DNA from: Nitrosospira multiformis ATCC 25196 | Lineage (GTDB): Bacteria; Pseudomonadota; Gammaproteobacteria; Burkholderiales; Nitrosomonadaceae | NCBI RefSeq assembly: GCF_000196355.1 | Contig: NC_007614.1 | Span: 2,190,001 to 2,222,000 of the forward strand | Direction: 5' to 3' | Length of the DNA: 32,000 nucleotides | Part shown: one piece after another, positions 1 through 10,548 of the stretch | Layout: every line of letters begins with the position of its first letter | Position numbering within the stretch: position 1 is the first letter of the stretch | Notes under the pieces: generated by a model | The model's input: the letters and a program-made list of their open reading frames with translations, nothing else | Database searches by the model: none | Told to the model about the DNA's origin: nothing | Made by a program: the position numbers and the translations under genes

Positions 1-2102
1 CCCGAAAAAATTTCATGCTCGACCCCCGCGTCAAGGGTACGATCAACATCGTTTCAGCCAAGCCAGTGCCGAGGTCGTCGGTCTACGAAGTATTCCTGTC
101 GGCACTGCGATTGCATGGATATGCAGTCGTTGAGGATTACGGCATCATCAGGATCGTTCCGGAAAGTGATGCCAAGCTATACCAGGGCCCGACACTTGGT
201 CCCACGAACAAGCGGCAGCTCGCGGGCGACCGTATCCAGACACAGGTATTCACGCTGCAGTACGAATCCGCGGTGCAGATGGTGCCGATCCTGCGTCCGC
301 TGATCGCTCCAAACAACAGTATCACTGCAAATCCCAACAGTAACACCCTGGTTATTACAGACTACGCGAGCAATCTCCAACGCCTGGCGAAAATAATTGA
401 TTCGGTGGATCAGCCAAGTGGAACCGAGCCTGTCTCGATACCCCTTCAGCACGCCTCGGCGATCGATGTCGCGCAAACCGTGAACCGGCTGTTTTCAGAA
501 TCGACGCAGTCCCAGGCCGAGGGCGCCGCGGACCCCACCCAGCAGCGTTTCACAGTCGTCGCCGACGCCCGCTCGAATACCCTCCTTGCACGCTCCGGAA
601 ACCGGGCAGCGCTTGCGCGTCTGCGCCAGCTGGTAACAGTGCTCGATTCTCCCACCAGCGCTGCCGGCAACATGCACGTCGTCTTTCTCAAGAATGCCGA
701 TGCAGTCAGGCTTGCCGAAACCCTCAGGGCGATCTATCACAACATGGCGTCCCCGGTTTCCTCATCTTCGGGACTGAGCCAGGGCACCGGCACAGCTTTT
801 GGAACATCTTCCCTGGGTACATCCACCGGCGGGGGGATGGGTGCCTCGTCAGGCACCTCAACAGGGGGGTCGATGGGCACTTCCATGCCCGGTTCCAGCC
901 TTGGTGCGGGGACTGTTCCCGCTGCTTCCACCGTCACCCCGGCTCCGATGCAAACTGGCGCAACTTCCGCCACCCCCGGCATCATTCAGGCGGATGCAGC
1001 CACCAACTCGATCATTATTACTGCCCCGGATGCTATTTATAATAATTTGCGCGCGGTGGTGGAGAAGCTCGACGTGCGCCGCGTGCAGGTTTATATTGAA
1101 GCGCTGATTGCCGAAATCACTGCCGACAGAGCCGCGGAATTCGGCATCCAGTGGCAGAATCTGAGCAATGCCGCGCAAGGTGGCACCCAGGTTTTCGGTG
1201 GCACCAACTTCAATGCCGGCACTGCCGGAGGCGGCAGTATCATCTCCACCGCCCAGAATCCGATAGCGAATGCAGCCTCCGGTCTGACTATCGGCATCAT
1301 GAATGGCCTTGTCACGGCTATTCCCGGCATCGGCCCTGTTCTCAACATTCATACGCTCATCCGCGCGCTGGAAACGGATGCCAATGCCAACATTCTTTCC
1401 ACCCCCACCCTGCTGACACTGAATAACGAAGAAGCCAGGATCATCATCGGGCAGAACGTTCCGATTCCCACCGGCCAATTCATTCCGCCAGTAGGAGGCG
1501 CCGTTACCTCCCCGTTTCAAACCGTTTCACGCCAGGACGTGGGACTATCATTGAAGATCAAGCCCCTTATCTCGGAAGGCAATACTGTCCGTGTGCAGAT
1601 TTTTCAGGAAGTCTCGAGCGTCGTTCCTGGCACGGTCAACGCCACCAACGGGTTGATTACCAACAAACGCTCGATAGAATCGACAGTGCTGGTTGACGAC
1701 GGGCAGATTCTCGTGCTCGGCGGTCTGATGCAGGATTCGGTAAATGACTCGGTTGAAAGAATTCCACTGGTCGGGGCGATTCCGCTGTTCGGACAATTGT
1801 TCAGTTACAACAAGCGCTCACGCAACAAAACCAATCTGATGGTATTCCTGCGGCCGACGCTGATGCGCGCGGGCGACGCCGCCGATCCGCTTTCTGACGC
1901 ACAGTACGATCGGGTGCTGGGCGAACAGAAAAAAGTGAGACCCAAGTTTAATCTTGTGCTTCCGGATATGGAATCGCCTACTTTGCCGCCGCGTCAACCA
2001 CCTCCTGTCATCCTTGATGACAGCATCACTCCCGATGATCCCGGAATTTCCAATGTTCAAGGCAACTGGGATACCGGGGGAGTGATGGATAATACACCCT
2101 GA
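1..2102 (+). CDS. gspD: Type II secretion system secretin GspD, 5'-truncated by the window edge
   Basis: Frame is open to the window edge (codons before the ATG at 15 read KNF). N-terminal 'NFMLDPRVKGTINIVSAKPV' is typical of the secretin N0 region. Repeated N-domains, a Ser/Gly-rich insert, and a C-terminal secretin domain ('VPIPTGQFIPPVGG', 'VDDGQILVLGGLMQDS', 'VPLVGAIPLFGQLFSY'). Followed directly by gspE and gspF. Confidence 0.95.
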   Translation, partial: RKNFMLDPRVKGTINIVSAKPVPRSSVYEVFLSALRLHGYAVVEDYGIIRIVPESDAKLYQGPTLGPTNKRQLAGDRIQTQVFTLQYESAVQMVPILRPLIAPNNSITANPNSNTLVITDYASNLQRLAKIIDSVDQPSGTEPVSIPLQHASAIDVAQTVNRLFSESTQSQAEGAADPTQQRFTVVADARSNTLLARSGNRAALARLRQLVTVLDSPTSAAGNMHVVFLKNADAVRLAETLRAIYHNMASPVSSSSGLSQGTGTAFGTSSLGTSTGGGMGASSGTSTGGSMGTSMPGSSLGAGTVPAASTVTPAPMQTGATSATPGIIQADAATNSIIITAPDAIYNNLRAVVEKLDVRRVQVYIEALIAEITADRAAEFGIQWQNLSNAAQGGTQVFGGTNFNAGTAGGGSIISTAQNPIANAASGLTIGIMNGLVTAIPGIGPVLNIHTLIRALETDANANILSTPTLLTLNNEEARIIIGQNVPIPTGQFIPPVGGAVTSPFQTVSRQDVGLSLKIKPLISEGNTVRVQIFQEVSSVVPGTVNATNGLITNKRSIESTVLVDDGQILVLGGLMQDSVNDSVERIPLVGAIPLFGQLFSYNKRSRNKTNLMVFLRPTLMRAGDAADPLSDAQYDRVLGEQKKVRPKFNLVLPDMESPTLPPRQPPPVILDDSITPDDPGISNVQGNWDTGGVMDNTP

Positions 2103-2117
2103 AACCGGGCCGCAATC

Positions 2118-3581
2118 ATGGCGTCTGACAGGATTCCTTATGTCTTTGTCAAGACAAATGGAGTGGCCGTGACGAGCGTCACGAGCGATCACGCAGAGGT
2201 GGTGGTGCGCGGCGAAGTCCAGGCCGGGGCACTGGCGGAGTTGCGTCGCGTTCTGGGCGTGCCTCTGCGGGCGCGACGCCTCGCTACCGACGAGTTCAAC
2301 GAGATCGTTGCGGTGCTGTATAACGGCGCAAACGAAGGCGCCGCCGCACTCGCAGATGATCTCGCACAGGATATAGACCTCTCGAGATTACTGCAGGAAC
2401 TGCCGAAGGTCGAGGACCTGCTCGAAAGCCAGGATGATGCTCCTGTCATCCGGCTGATCAACGCGCTCTTTACACAGGCGTTACGCACCGCGGCTTCCGA
2501 TATCCACATTGAGCCATATGAAACACGCTCGGTTGTACGGTTGCGAGTGGACGGCACATTGCGCGACCTGATCGAACCGGCGCGCGCATTACATGCCGCC
2601 CTCATCTCACGCATCAAGATCATGGCGCAGCTCGACATTGCGGAAAAACGCCTTCCGCAGGACGGCCGGATTACATTGAGGATGGCAGGCAGGCCAGTCG
2701 ACGTGCGCGTATCCACCATCCCCACCGCACACGGCGAACGCGCCGTATTGCGTTTGCTGGACAAGCAGGCTGGCCGCCTGGACCTCCCTCGGCTTGGCAT
2801 GGATGAAATCACCTTGACTCGCATGGACAGGCTTATTCGCGAGCCCCATGGCATTATTCTCGTAACCGGCCCCACCGGATCGGGTAAAACAACCACGCTT
2901 TACGCCGCCCTGTCGAGGCTGGATTCCGCGTCGCTCAACATCATGACGGTTGAGGACCCCATCGAGTACGATCTTGACGGCATCAGTCAGACTCAGGTCA
3001 ATCCGCGAATCGAAATGACGTTTGCGCGCGCCTTGCGGACAATCCTGCGGCAAGACCCGGATGTCATCATGATTGGAGAGATTCGCGACCTCGAAACCGC
3101 ACAGATCGCGGTGCAGGCCAGCCTTACGGGCCATCTGGTATTTGCGACTCTGCATACCAATGATGCGATAAGCGCCGTGACCCGGCTTGTCGACATGGGA
3201 GTCGAGCCGTTTCTGCTGGCATCGAGTCTCATCGGCGTAGGTGCGCAGCGTCTGGTGCGGCGGCTCTGTCTGGAATGCCGCCAGCCCTGGGACGAGGCCA
3301 TGGGAAAATCCCCGAGCTCTTTTTCGGCTTCCGGAATTTTATACAAGGCGCAGGGCTGTGCGGCATGCAATCACTCCGGCTATCAGGGACGCACCGGGAT
3401 TTATGAGTTGCTCGCGGTTGACAACGACCTGCGCCGGAGAGTTCATGATCGCGCTTCCGAACAAGACCTGCGAGAATATGTGATTTCCGCCGGAATGCGC
3501 TCGTTACGTGACGACGGCATGCGCCTCGCTACCCAGGGCATCACCAGCCTGGAGGAAGTCGTGCGTGTAACACGCGAATAG
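2118..3581 (+). CDS. gspE: Type II secretion system ATPase GspE
   Basis: Walker A 'GPTGSGKTTTLYAAL', Asp box, 'GEIRDLETAQIAVQASLTGHLVFATLHTND', and a C-terminal CxxC pair ('CLECRQPW...CAACNHSGYQGRTGIYELL'). Confidence 0.96.
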   Translation: MASDRIPYVFVKTNGVAVTSVTSDHAEVVVRGEVQAGALAELRRVLGVPLRARRLATDEFNEIVAVLYNGANEGAAALADDLAQDIDLSRLLQELPKVEDLLESQDDAPVIRLINALFTQALRTAASDIHIEPYETRSVVRLRVDGTLRDLIEPARALHAALISRIKIMAQLDIAEKRLPQDGRITLRMAGRPVDVRVSTIPTAHGERAVLRLLDKQAGRLDLPRLGMDEITLTRMDRLIREPHGIILVTGPTGSGKTTTLYAALSRLDSASLNIMTVEDPIEYDLDGISQTQVNPRIEMTFARALRTILRQDPDVIMIGEIRDLETAQIAVQASLTGHLVFATLHTNDAISAVTRLVDMGVEPFLLASSLIGVGAQRLVRRLCLECRQPWDEAMGKSPSSFSASGILYKAQGCAACNHSGYQGRTGIYELLAVDNDLRRRVHDRASEQDLREYVISAGMRSLRDDGMRLATQGITSLEEVVRVTRE

Positions 3582-3590
3582 CAGTTCCAT

Positions 3591-4796
3591 ATGGAAGCGT
3601 ACCGCTACGAAGCGCTTGATCCCGAAGGCCGCAAGGTAACGGGTGTGCTGCAGGCTGATACCGCGCGCCAGGCGCGGGCACAGTTGCGCGCGCAAGGCTT
3701 GCTGCCTTCGACCGTCGATCAGGTCCGCGCTCGCGAGGGCGGTCAGGCACCCTGGGTCCGAGGCCTGCGTCCGGAGGAGCTGAATTTGCTGACACGGCAG
3801 ATGGCTACTTTGCTGACCGCCGGTCTGACAGTCGAGCAGTCGCTTGCTGCACTGATCGAATCCGCCGAGGAGCCGATGACACGCGAAGTGCTCGGCGGTG
3901 TCAAAACAGAGGTGATCGCGGGGCTTTCCCTCTCCGCCGCGCTGGGCAGCTACAGCAGGAGTTTTCCCGATTTCTATCGGGCGCTGGTGCATGGTGGGGA
4001 AGAATCGGGCACATTGCCGCTGGTACTGCGTCATCTTGCCGAGTATCTCGATGCACGTCAGACACTAAAACAGAAAACCAGTCTTGCGCTCCTTTACCCG
4101 GCACTGGTGACCATCATTGCCATTATCATTGTTGCCGGCCTGCTCATGTATGTGGTTCCCCAGGTAGTGCAGGTATTCCAGCATTCTCGCCAGAGCCTGC
4201 CCCTCCTGACTCGCGCACTGATCGGGTTGAGTGATTTCCTTCTCATGTCATGGCCTTATCTGATTATTGCCATTGTCGGCGGGGCACTTTCCGCACGCGT
4301 CGCGCTACGGCATGAGAACATCAGATACCGATGGCACGCTCTGCTGCTGCGCACCGCATGGCTGGGATCGTTGATTCGCAGCAGCAACACATCCCGTTTC
4401 GCCAGCACGCTTTCCATTCTGGTCGGAGGAGGTGTGCCGCTTCTTAAAGCTCTCAGCTCCGGTGCCCGCGTGATGAGCAGCATGGTCATGCGTAAAGCGA
4501 TCGAAAATACCATCGAACAGGTCCGCGAAGGCGCGAGCCTCTCCAGAGCGCTGCGGGAAACCCGCGTGTTTCCGCCCCTGCTTGTGCATCTGGTGGCAAG
4601 CGGGGAAATGAGCGGCAAGCTGAAAGAAATGCTCGAACGCGCCGCCCAGCTCGAAGCCCAGGCGCTGGAACGGCGACTGGGCGTCTTTTTAACGCTGCTG
4701 GAACCAGTAATGATCCTGGTAATGGGGGGCGTGGTGCTGATGATCGTGCTTGCCATACTGCTCCCCATCATGGAAATCAACCAGCTGGTGCATTAG
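3591..4796 (+). CDS. gspF: Type II secretion system inner-membrane protein GspF
   Basis: 'YRYEALDPEGRKVTGVLQADTARQARAQLRAQGLLP' N-terminus, 'LTRQMATLLTAGLTVEQSLAALIE', three hydrophobic segments and 'LLEPVMILVMGGVVLMIVLAILLPIMEINQLV'. Confidence 0.96.
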   Translation: MEAYRYEALDPEGRKVTGVLQADTARQARAQLRAQGLLPSTVDQVRAREGGQAPWVRGLRPEELNLLTRQMATLLTAGLTVEQSLAALIESAEEPMTREVLGGVKTEVIAGLSLSAALGSYSRSFPDFYRALVHGGEESGTLPLVLRHLAEYLDARQTLKQKTSLALLYPALVTIIAIIIVAGLLMYVVPQVVQVFQHSRQSLPLLTRALIGLSDFLLMSWPYLIIAIVGGALSARVALRHENIRYRWHALLLRTAWLGSLIRSSNTSRFASTLSILVGGGVPLLKALSSGARVMSSMVMRKAIENTIEQVREGASLSRALRETRVFPPLLVHLVASGEMSGKLKEMLERAAQLEAQALERRLGVFLTLLEPVMILVMGGVVLMIVLAILLPIMEINQLVH

Positions 4797-4950
4797 CAAT
4801 GAGACGGCGTGAAAAACAGCACCTTTATTCGGCAGGAGGTGTAGAAAAGAGGCCGATAATGCGGAACTGAAAGGAAACCCCTCCGGCTAACCTAATCCAG
4901 GGCGTCCAGGGCGATAGCGCCCTTGAAGGCACGTATTCCCTTACTCCCCT

Positions 4951-6129
4951 CTACCGGGTCAAGCCCCTTGCGAGATCGGCCTTTATGTCTTTTACCGCTT
5001 CAAGTCCCACTGCAATGCGCAGCAAGCCCTCGGTAATGCCAGCCGCATCCCGGTTTTCCTGGCTGATCCGCCCATGCGTGGTGGTGGCAGGATGGGTAAG
5101 GGTGCTCTTGGCATCTCCCAGGTTGGCGGTGATGGAAATCATGCGAACAGAATCCACCACCCTCCATGCCGCTTCTCTTCCATTCTTCAATTCGAATGAA
5201 ACGATTCCCCCCCCGGTTTTCTGCTGGCGGCTGGCAAGCTCGTACTGCGGATGCGATGGCAAGCCGGGATAGTGGACTTTGGCTACGCCGGGCTGGGCTT
5301 CCAGCCAGCGCGCAATTTCCAGCGCATTTTCGGAATGCCTTTCCATCCGAAGGTTCAGGGTTTCCATGCCCTTCAGGATCACCCAGGCATTGAACGGGCT
5401 CAGGGTCGGTCCGGCAGTGCGCAGAAAACCGAATATTCCCCCGTCCATCACCAGATCGCGCTTGCCCAGCACCGCCCCACCCAATACCCGGCCCTGGCCC
5501 TCAAGATATTTGGTTGCAGAGTGAATCACGAGGTCTGCGCCCCATTCCAATGGACGTTGCAGCGCGGGAGAGCAGAAACAATTGTCCACGGCGAGCCACG
5601 CGCCCGCCTTCCTGGCTACGGCTGCAAGCGCGGCAATGTCGGAAATCTCTGTCAGCGGATTGGAGGGCGTTTCCATGAACAGCAACCGGGTGGCTGGTCT
5701 CACCGCTGCTTCCCAGGCGGAAACATCCGTAGCGGAAACAAACGTCGTTTCGATGTTGAAGCGCTTGAGGATATTGTTGAACAGGCTGACGGTCGCACCG
5801 AACAGGCTGCGCGAAGCCACGATATGGTCTCCAGCACGGAGGAGACCCATCGTGCAGGCAAGAATGGCCGACATGCCTGAGGAGGTGGCGACACAGGCTT
5901 CCGCCCCCTCCAGGGCGGCCAGTCTTTCCTGAAAAGCGGTAACCGTGGGGTTGGTAAAACGCGAATAGATGTTACCCGGTTCCGCATCGGAAAAACGTGC
6001 TGCCGCCTGAGCGGCACTGTCGAAGACGAAACTCGAAGTCAGGAATAAGGCCTCCGAGTGTTCATTGAATTGGCTGCGATGTATGCCCGTATGCAGCGCC
6101 AGTGTTTCCAGCTCAAAATCGTCAGACAT
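4951..6129 (-). CDS. metZ: O-succinylhomoserine sulfhydrylase (Cys/Met metabolism PLP enzyme)
   Basis: 'ETLALHTGIHRSQFNEHSEALFLTSSFVFDSAAQAA', PLP-lysine region 'HSATKYLEGQGRVLGGAV', and the family C-terminus. The track starts at 6147 (a TTG). ATG at 6129 has GGGAG about 9 nt upstream, so it is preferred. Confidence 0.9.
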   Translation of the reverse strand: MSDDFELETLALHTGIHRSQFNEHSEALFLTSSFVFDSAAQAAARFSDAEPGNIYSRFTNPTVTAFQERLAALEGAEACVATSSGMSAILACTMGLLRAGDHIVASRSLFGATVSLFNNILKRFNIETTFVSATDVSAWEAAVRPATRLLFMETPSNPLTEISDIAALAAVARKAGAWLAVDNCFCSPALQRPLEWGADLVIHSATKYLEGQGRVLGGAVLGKRDLVMDGGIFGFLRTAGPTLSPFNAWVILKGMETLNLRMERHSENALEIARWLEAQPGVAKVHYPGLPSHPQYELASRQQKTGGGIVSFELKNGREAAWRVVDSVRMISITANLGDAKSTLTHPATTTHGRISQENRDAAGITEGLLRIAVGLEAVKDIKADLARGLTR

Positions 6130-6158
6130 GCCCGACATCTCCCTCAAATTCCCAATAA

Positions 6159-6193
6159 AAAACCCGTTCAGCTTTCGCTAAAAAACGGGTTTT
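6159..6193 (-). terminator. Rho-independent terminator, probably for the purF-side transcript
   Basis: Inverted repeat aaaacccgtt (6159-6168) / aacgggtttt (6184-6193). On the minus strand it reads AACGGG followed by a T-rich tract (aataaaaaa on plus at about 6154-6162). Confidence 0.75.
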
Positions 6194-6290
6194 CCCGCTT
6201 TAGCTGAATTTATACTGCGCCCGCAAGCTGAAGATCAAATCGGCGCCTGCCCTGAAGGTACGCTCGGTACCTGCTTTTGTCAAATCTTCA

Positions 6291-7811
6291 TTAATTCGCT
6301 GTCACGAGATTCAGGTCGAGTTGCGTGCTGGAACGTCTCTCGGTAAGAGGAGCGCCGCCACTGCGTTGCGCCTCCAGGACGGCCAGGTATTCCGGCGTTA
6401 CATCCCCGGTAATGTAGCGTCCGTCGAAACATGAGGTCTCATACTGCGAGATCGACGGATTGACACGGCCCACATCTTTAATGAGAGAATCGAGTTCCTG
6501 ATACACCAGATAATCGGCGCCAATTTCCCGGCATATTTCCTCGTCGTCCCGCCCCGTGGCAATGAGTTCGTGGCGCGTAGGCATATCGATGCCATAAACG
6601 TTGGGAAACCGCACGGGGGGGGCAGCAGAAGCAAAGAATACCTTGTTCGCACCGGCTTCCTTCGCCATCTGGACGATTTCGCGGCTGGTAGTGCCGCGTA
6701 CGATCGAATCATCCACCAGCAACACATTTTTTCCGCGAAACTCCACCCCCATGGCATTGAGCTTCTGGCGGACCGATTTACGGCGCAACTGCTGGCCCGG
6801 CATGATAAAGGTTCGCCCGATGTAGCGGTTTTTTACGAAACCTTCACGAAAACTTATGCCCAGGCGGTTGGCAAGCTGCAAGGCGCTGGGACGGCTGGAA
6901 TCGGGAATCGGAATGACTACATCGATATCGAGATGACCCATCGTGGCTTTGACTTTATCGGCCAGACTCTCTCCCATGTTGAGCCGCGTTTCATAGACTG
7001 AAATTCCGTCTATGACTGAATCCGGGCGTGCGAGATAGACATACTCGAAGATGCAGGGATTGTGCGAGGGGTTGGACGCGCACTGCTTACTGTAAAAATT
7101 GCCGGTGTCATCAATAAAAATTGCCTCGCCCGGCGCAACATCCCTCACCAGCTTGAATCCCAGAGTATCGAGCGCCACACTCTCGGACGCTACCAGATAT
7201 TCCGTCCCATGCTCCGTTTCCGCGCACCCGAACACAAGGGGGCGAATACCATAAGGGTCGCGGAACGCGAGCAATCCGTAACCCGCAATCATTGCTATGA
7301 CGGCGTAGGCGCCTTTGCAACGCTCGTGCACGCCGGATACGGCGGCAAAAATAGCGGCGGGATCAAGCTGGTGGTTTTTCGTGCTCCTCTGCAACTCGTG
7401 GGCCAGCACATTAAGGAGCACTTCCGAATCCGAATTGGTGTTGACGTGCCGTAAATCCTCGCGGAACAACTCGTCGTTGAGCTGTGCGGAATTGGTCAGA
7501 TTGCCGTTATGCCCGAGTACGATTCCGAAGGGTGAGTTGACATAAAACGGCTGCGCTTCTGCAGGGGACTCGGCGGAACCTGCGGTAGGATAGCGCACTT
7601 GGCCGATCCCCATATTCCCCAGCAAGGCGCGCATATTCCGCGTGCGGAACACGTCGCGCACGAGGCCGCTGTTCTTGTGCATGTGGAAAGTATTCCCCTG
7701 GGCGGTAACAATCCCGGCCGCATCCTGACCACGATGCTGCAGCACCAGCAACCCATCGTAGAGTAACTGGTTGACGGGAGCATGCGAAACTAAACCCAGA
7801 ATTCCACACAT
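6291..7811 (-). CDS. purF: Amidophosphoribosyltransferase
   Basis: Catalytic N-terminal Cys after initiator Met ('[34 protein letters not shown]'), PRPP motif '[14 protein letters not shown]'. Start set at the MCGIL methionine rather than 7826. Confidence 0.97.
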   Translation of the reverse strand: MCGILGLVSHAPVNQLLYDGLLVLQHRGQDAAGIVTAQGNTFHMHKNSGLVRDVFRTRNMRALLGNMGIGQVRYPTAGSAESPAEAQPFYVNSPFGIVLGHNGNLTNSAQLNDELFREDLRHVNTNSDSEVLLNVLAHELQRSTKNHQLDPAAIFAAVSGVHERCKGAYAVIAMIAGYGLLAFRDPYGIRPLVFGCAETEHGTEYLVASESVALDTLGFKLVRDVAPGEAIFIDDTGNFYSKQCASNPSHNPCIFEYVYLARPDSVIDGISVYETRLNMGESLADKVKATMGHLDIDVVIPIPDSSRPSALQLANRLGISFREGFVKNRYIGRTFIMPGQQLRRKSVRQKLNAMGVEFRGKNVLLVDDSIVRGTTSREIVQMAKEAGANKVFFASAAPPVRFPNVYGIDMPTRHELIATGRDDEEICREIGADYLVYQELDSLIKDVGRVNPSISQYETSCFDGRYITGDVTPEYLAVLEAQRSGGAPLTERRSSTQLDLNLVTAN

Positions 7812-7902
7812 GAATGCACTCCGCAAAAATGACTTAGATCGACGCTATACGAAAAGTTGCACGAGTTCAGTGAGTGGAATCCTGCGCATTCGGTTTACTG
7901 CC

Positions 7903-8427
7903 CTATTGCTTGCGCTTCAGTTCCGCATAGTGGATGCGCCTGGACAAATCCTGCGGCAACCAGGGCAGCACGACCATTGCTACAGCCTCCAGGTGCTTGC
8001 TCAGTACTGCTTTTCGCCAGAAGGGCTCCTGCGGCACTGCGGTAAGACCTGCTGCCAGCACGATCACCAGCACCACTACCAACCCGCGGATAAAACCGAA
8101 CAGGGAGCCGAAAAACCTATCGGTGAAACCCAATCCTACCGTCTGGACCAAGGCTGAAGTCAGCATGGTCACGAGACCCATCGCCACCAGGGTTATCAGG
8201 AATAATGCAATGAAAGCCAGCAGGATGCGCAGCGATTCTCCGCCGATGGATGAAGGCACCATGGGCGCGAATCCTGCGGCAAAGGAATTCGCCACCATGA
8301 ATGCGACTATCCAGCTGACCAGGGACAATATTTCGCGCACGACCCCTCGCGATACGCTGAGCAGGATTGACACAACCAGTATCGCCAGTACAGCGTAATC
8401 GAAGCCGGTCAGATCACCGGTAAACAT
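7903..8427 (-). CDS. cvpA: CvpA family membrane protein
   Basis: 'FDYAVLAILVVSILLSVSRGVVREILSLVSWIVAF' multi-TM protein, 'DRFFGSLFGFIRGLVVV', immediately upstream of purF. Confidence 0.92.
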   Translation of the reverse strand: MFTGDLTGFDYAVLAILVVSILLSVSRGVVREILSLVSWIVAFMVANSFAAGFAPMVPSSIGGESLRILLAFIALFLITLVAMGLVTMLTSALVQTVGLGFTDRFFGSLFGFIRGLVVVLVIVLAAGLTAVPQEPFWRKAVLSKHLEAVAMVVLPWLPQDLSRRIHYAELKRKQ

Positions 8428-8471
8428 GGCAGAAACACGATGTCGTATGTAAAGGGTCTCATGATCCTCAC

Positions 8472-9158
8472 CTACTTTTCTGTAACCACACCTTCGAATC
8501 CCAGGTTCTTCAGTTTTTCCCGTGTTTTCTCAGCCTCCTCGCGCGTCGCGAAAGGACCGACGCGCACGCGGGTTACTTCCTCCTTGCCGGCCTTCACGAT
8601 TTCAGTATAGGCGGAGAAATTCTGTGAAGCGATCCTTTCCGATTGTCGGGCCGCTTTTGCCGGCGTAGAAAAAGCCCCTAACTGCACCACAAATGATGTT
8701 TCCCGCGAAGCAGGCGGGGTGGCGTTTTTACTGGCCGTTTCCACTCGGGAAACGGCGGGAGCCGTGTTTGTAGCCGCCGCTACGCTACGCGGAGCAGCAG
8801 GCGCAGGGTTTGCACGGGCCTTTTCGTTAATGGAGGCAGGCGTTTCACTGGGAGGTACAGCGGTTATATTCTTGCCGGATATCCCGCCTGCCTGCTCCGG
8901 CCCACCCTCAGGCTGAGATATGGATGGAGCGGCTGTGGGAGGTGTATTTACGGGGGAAGCAGATTCGGCGGCAAGCTCTTCCACTGAATCCTCAGACGGA
9001 ATGTGTATGTCGATTTCATGACCGCGCCGGTCGGGCTTGCTGTCAAGGATCATCGGCAATACCACCACTGCCGCGGTTGCCAGGACGATTGCCCCCACCA
9101 GGCGTCGTCTGGCGCGCTTTCTTAGCTGAATCTCTTCTTCTGTGATGGTTTTTGCCAT
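8472..9158 (-). CDS. SPOR-domain (DedD-like) membrane-anchored protein
   Basis: N-terminal cytoplasmic Arg-rich segment plus one TM ('RKRARRRLVGAIVLATAAVVVLPMIL'), Pro/Ala-rich linker, C-terminal SPOR domain 'FVVQLGAFSTPAKAARQSERI...VTRVRVGPFATREEAEKTREKLKNLGFEGVV'. Confidence 0.9.
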   Translation of the reverse strand: MAKTITEEEIQLRKRARRRLVGAIVLATAAVVVLPMILDSKPDRRGHEIDIHIPSEDSVEELAAESASPVNTPPTAAPSISQPEGGPEQAGGISGKNITAVPPSETPASINEKARANPAPAAPRSVAAATNTAPAVSRVETASKNATPPASRETSFVVQLGAFSTPAKAARQSERIASQNFSAYTEIVKAGKEEVTRVRVGPFATREEAEKTREKLKNLGFEGVVTEK

Positions 9159-9173
9159 TAGATATCAGGAAAT

Positions 9174-10502
9174 CTACCCGCGCTCAATTCTGTTCCTTAA
9201 CACTTCAGCCACGGTATGGAATGAGCCGAAAACACAAATTCTATCATTTCTGGCTGCCTGCTCACAGGCGTAAGCATATGCCTCGGATGGATTGCGGAAC
9301 TTGCGGATGGTATGGGCGGCGCCTTCTCCTGCATTCCCCGGGAGCGGCTCGGCGATTTGCAGCGCCTGGGCAACCTGCGTGGCGGCTTCGTCCGCCGTAG
9401 CGCCTCTTGGAGCGTCAATACCCGATACCAGCCAGACATCCACGCTGGACCTCAACTCCCGTACCACGCCTGCGATATCTTTATCCCCGAGCATTGCAAA
9501 TACCGCGTACGTTCTGGGATAACGCCCCATGCTATCGAGGCTGGCGGCCAATGCGCGTGCCGCGCCTGGATTATGGGCAACATCGAGCACCCTGACCGGC
9601 TGTCCAGGCAACACCTGAAACCGGGCTGGCCAAACCACTTCCAGCAAACCATGACGAATGTCGCTCAAGGTAACCGGCAATGTATCTTTCAGGGAATCCA
9701 GGGCGGCGAGGCACGCACTGGCATTTTTCAACTGATAGGCGCCGCGCAAGGCCGGATAAGGGAGTGCATGCCTGCTCTCGCCGTTCCGCCAATAGCTCCA
9801 GGACTGTGGAGCGGTTGAATAACCGAAGTGCTCTCCGATATGCATGAGGTCGGCGCCGATCGATTCCGCATGACGACGCACGCTTATGGGCAGGTCCGGT
9901 TCGGAACAGATTGCGGCCTTCCCTGACCTGAAAATTCCGGCCTTTTCGAATCCGATCTGTTCACGCGTATTGCCCAGATAATCCATATGATCGAAATCCA
10001 CGCTGGTAAGGACCGCGCAATCGGCCTCGAACACATTGACCGCATCCAGCCGCCCGCCCAATCCCACCTCCAGAATTGCAACTTCCACTTCGGCCTGACT
10101 GAACAAGTACATGGCGGCCAGTGTGCCAAACTCGAAATAGGTCAGGGATACGGCGCTATTCATCCGCGCCGATTCGACAGCGCGGAAAGCCTCGCACAGC
10201 TCATCATCGCTTGCCTCCTTCCGGTCGATTCGCACGCGTTCGTTATATCGCAGCAAATGAGGGGAGGTATAGCATCCGACCCGATATCCGGCATGGCTCA
10301 GAATGGCTTCCAGCATCATGCATGTCGATCCCTTCCCGTTGGTGCCCGCAACGGAAATGATGGGAAATGAAGGTTCGAGCTCCAGTTCCGCCTGGACGCG
10401 CCGTATCCGCTCCAGTCCCATTTCGATAGCTGCGGGATGCAGGCGTTCCAGGTAGTCCAGCCACTCTGGCAGCGTTGCGGAAGCAAAGGAGAAAGTGCTC
10501 AT
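9174..10502 (-). CDS. folC: Bifunctional folylpolyglutamate synthase / dihydrofolate synthase
   Basis: 'VAGTNGKGSTCMMLEAILSHAGYRVGCYTSPHL', 'EVGLGGRLDAVN', 'DFDHMDYLGNT', 'DVAHNPGAARALA'. Confidence 0.95.
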   Translation of the reverse strand: MSTFSFASATLPEWLDYLERLHPAAIEMGLERIRRVQAELELEPSFPIISVAGTNGKGSTCMMLEAILSHAGYRVGCYTSPHLLRYNERVRIDRKEASDDELCEAFRAVESARMNSAVSLTYFEFGTLAAMYLFSQAEVEVAILEVGLGGRLDAVNVFEADCAVLTSVDFDHMDYLGNTREQIGFEKAGIFRSGKAAICSEPDLPISVRRHAESIGADLMHIGEHFGYSTAPQSWSYWRNGESRHALPYPALRGAYQLKNASACLAALDSLKDTLPVTLSDIRHGLLEVVWPARFQVLPGQPVRVLDVAHNPGAARALAASLDSMGRYPRTYAVFAMLGDKDIAGVVRELRSSVDVWLVSGIDAPRGATADEAATQVAQALQIAEPLPGNAGEGAAHTIRKFRNPSEAYAYACEQAARNDRICVFGSFHTVAEVLRNRIERG

Positions 10503-10548
10503 GCCCGCGATGGCACGGTAAGTATGATTATGCGTCGAGTGAAAATGC

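Noticed and set aside
858-1520. 220-aa minus-strand ORF antisense to gspD
   Set aside because: Complement of the Gly/Ser-rich region of gspD; no independent evidence.
2189-2896. 235-aa minus-strand ORF antisense to gspE
   Set aside because: Overlaps the clearly assigned gspE; Arg/Ser-rich shadow ORF.
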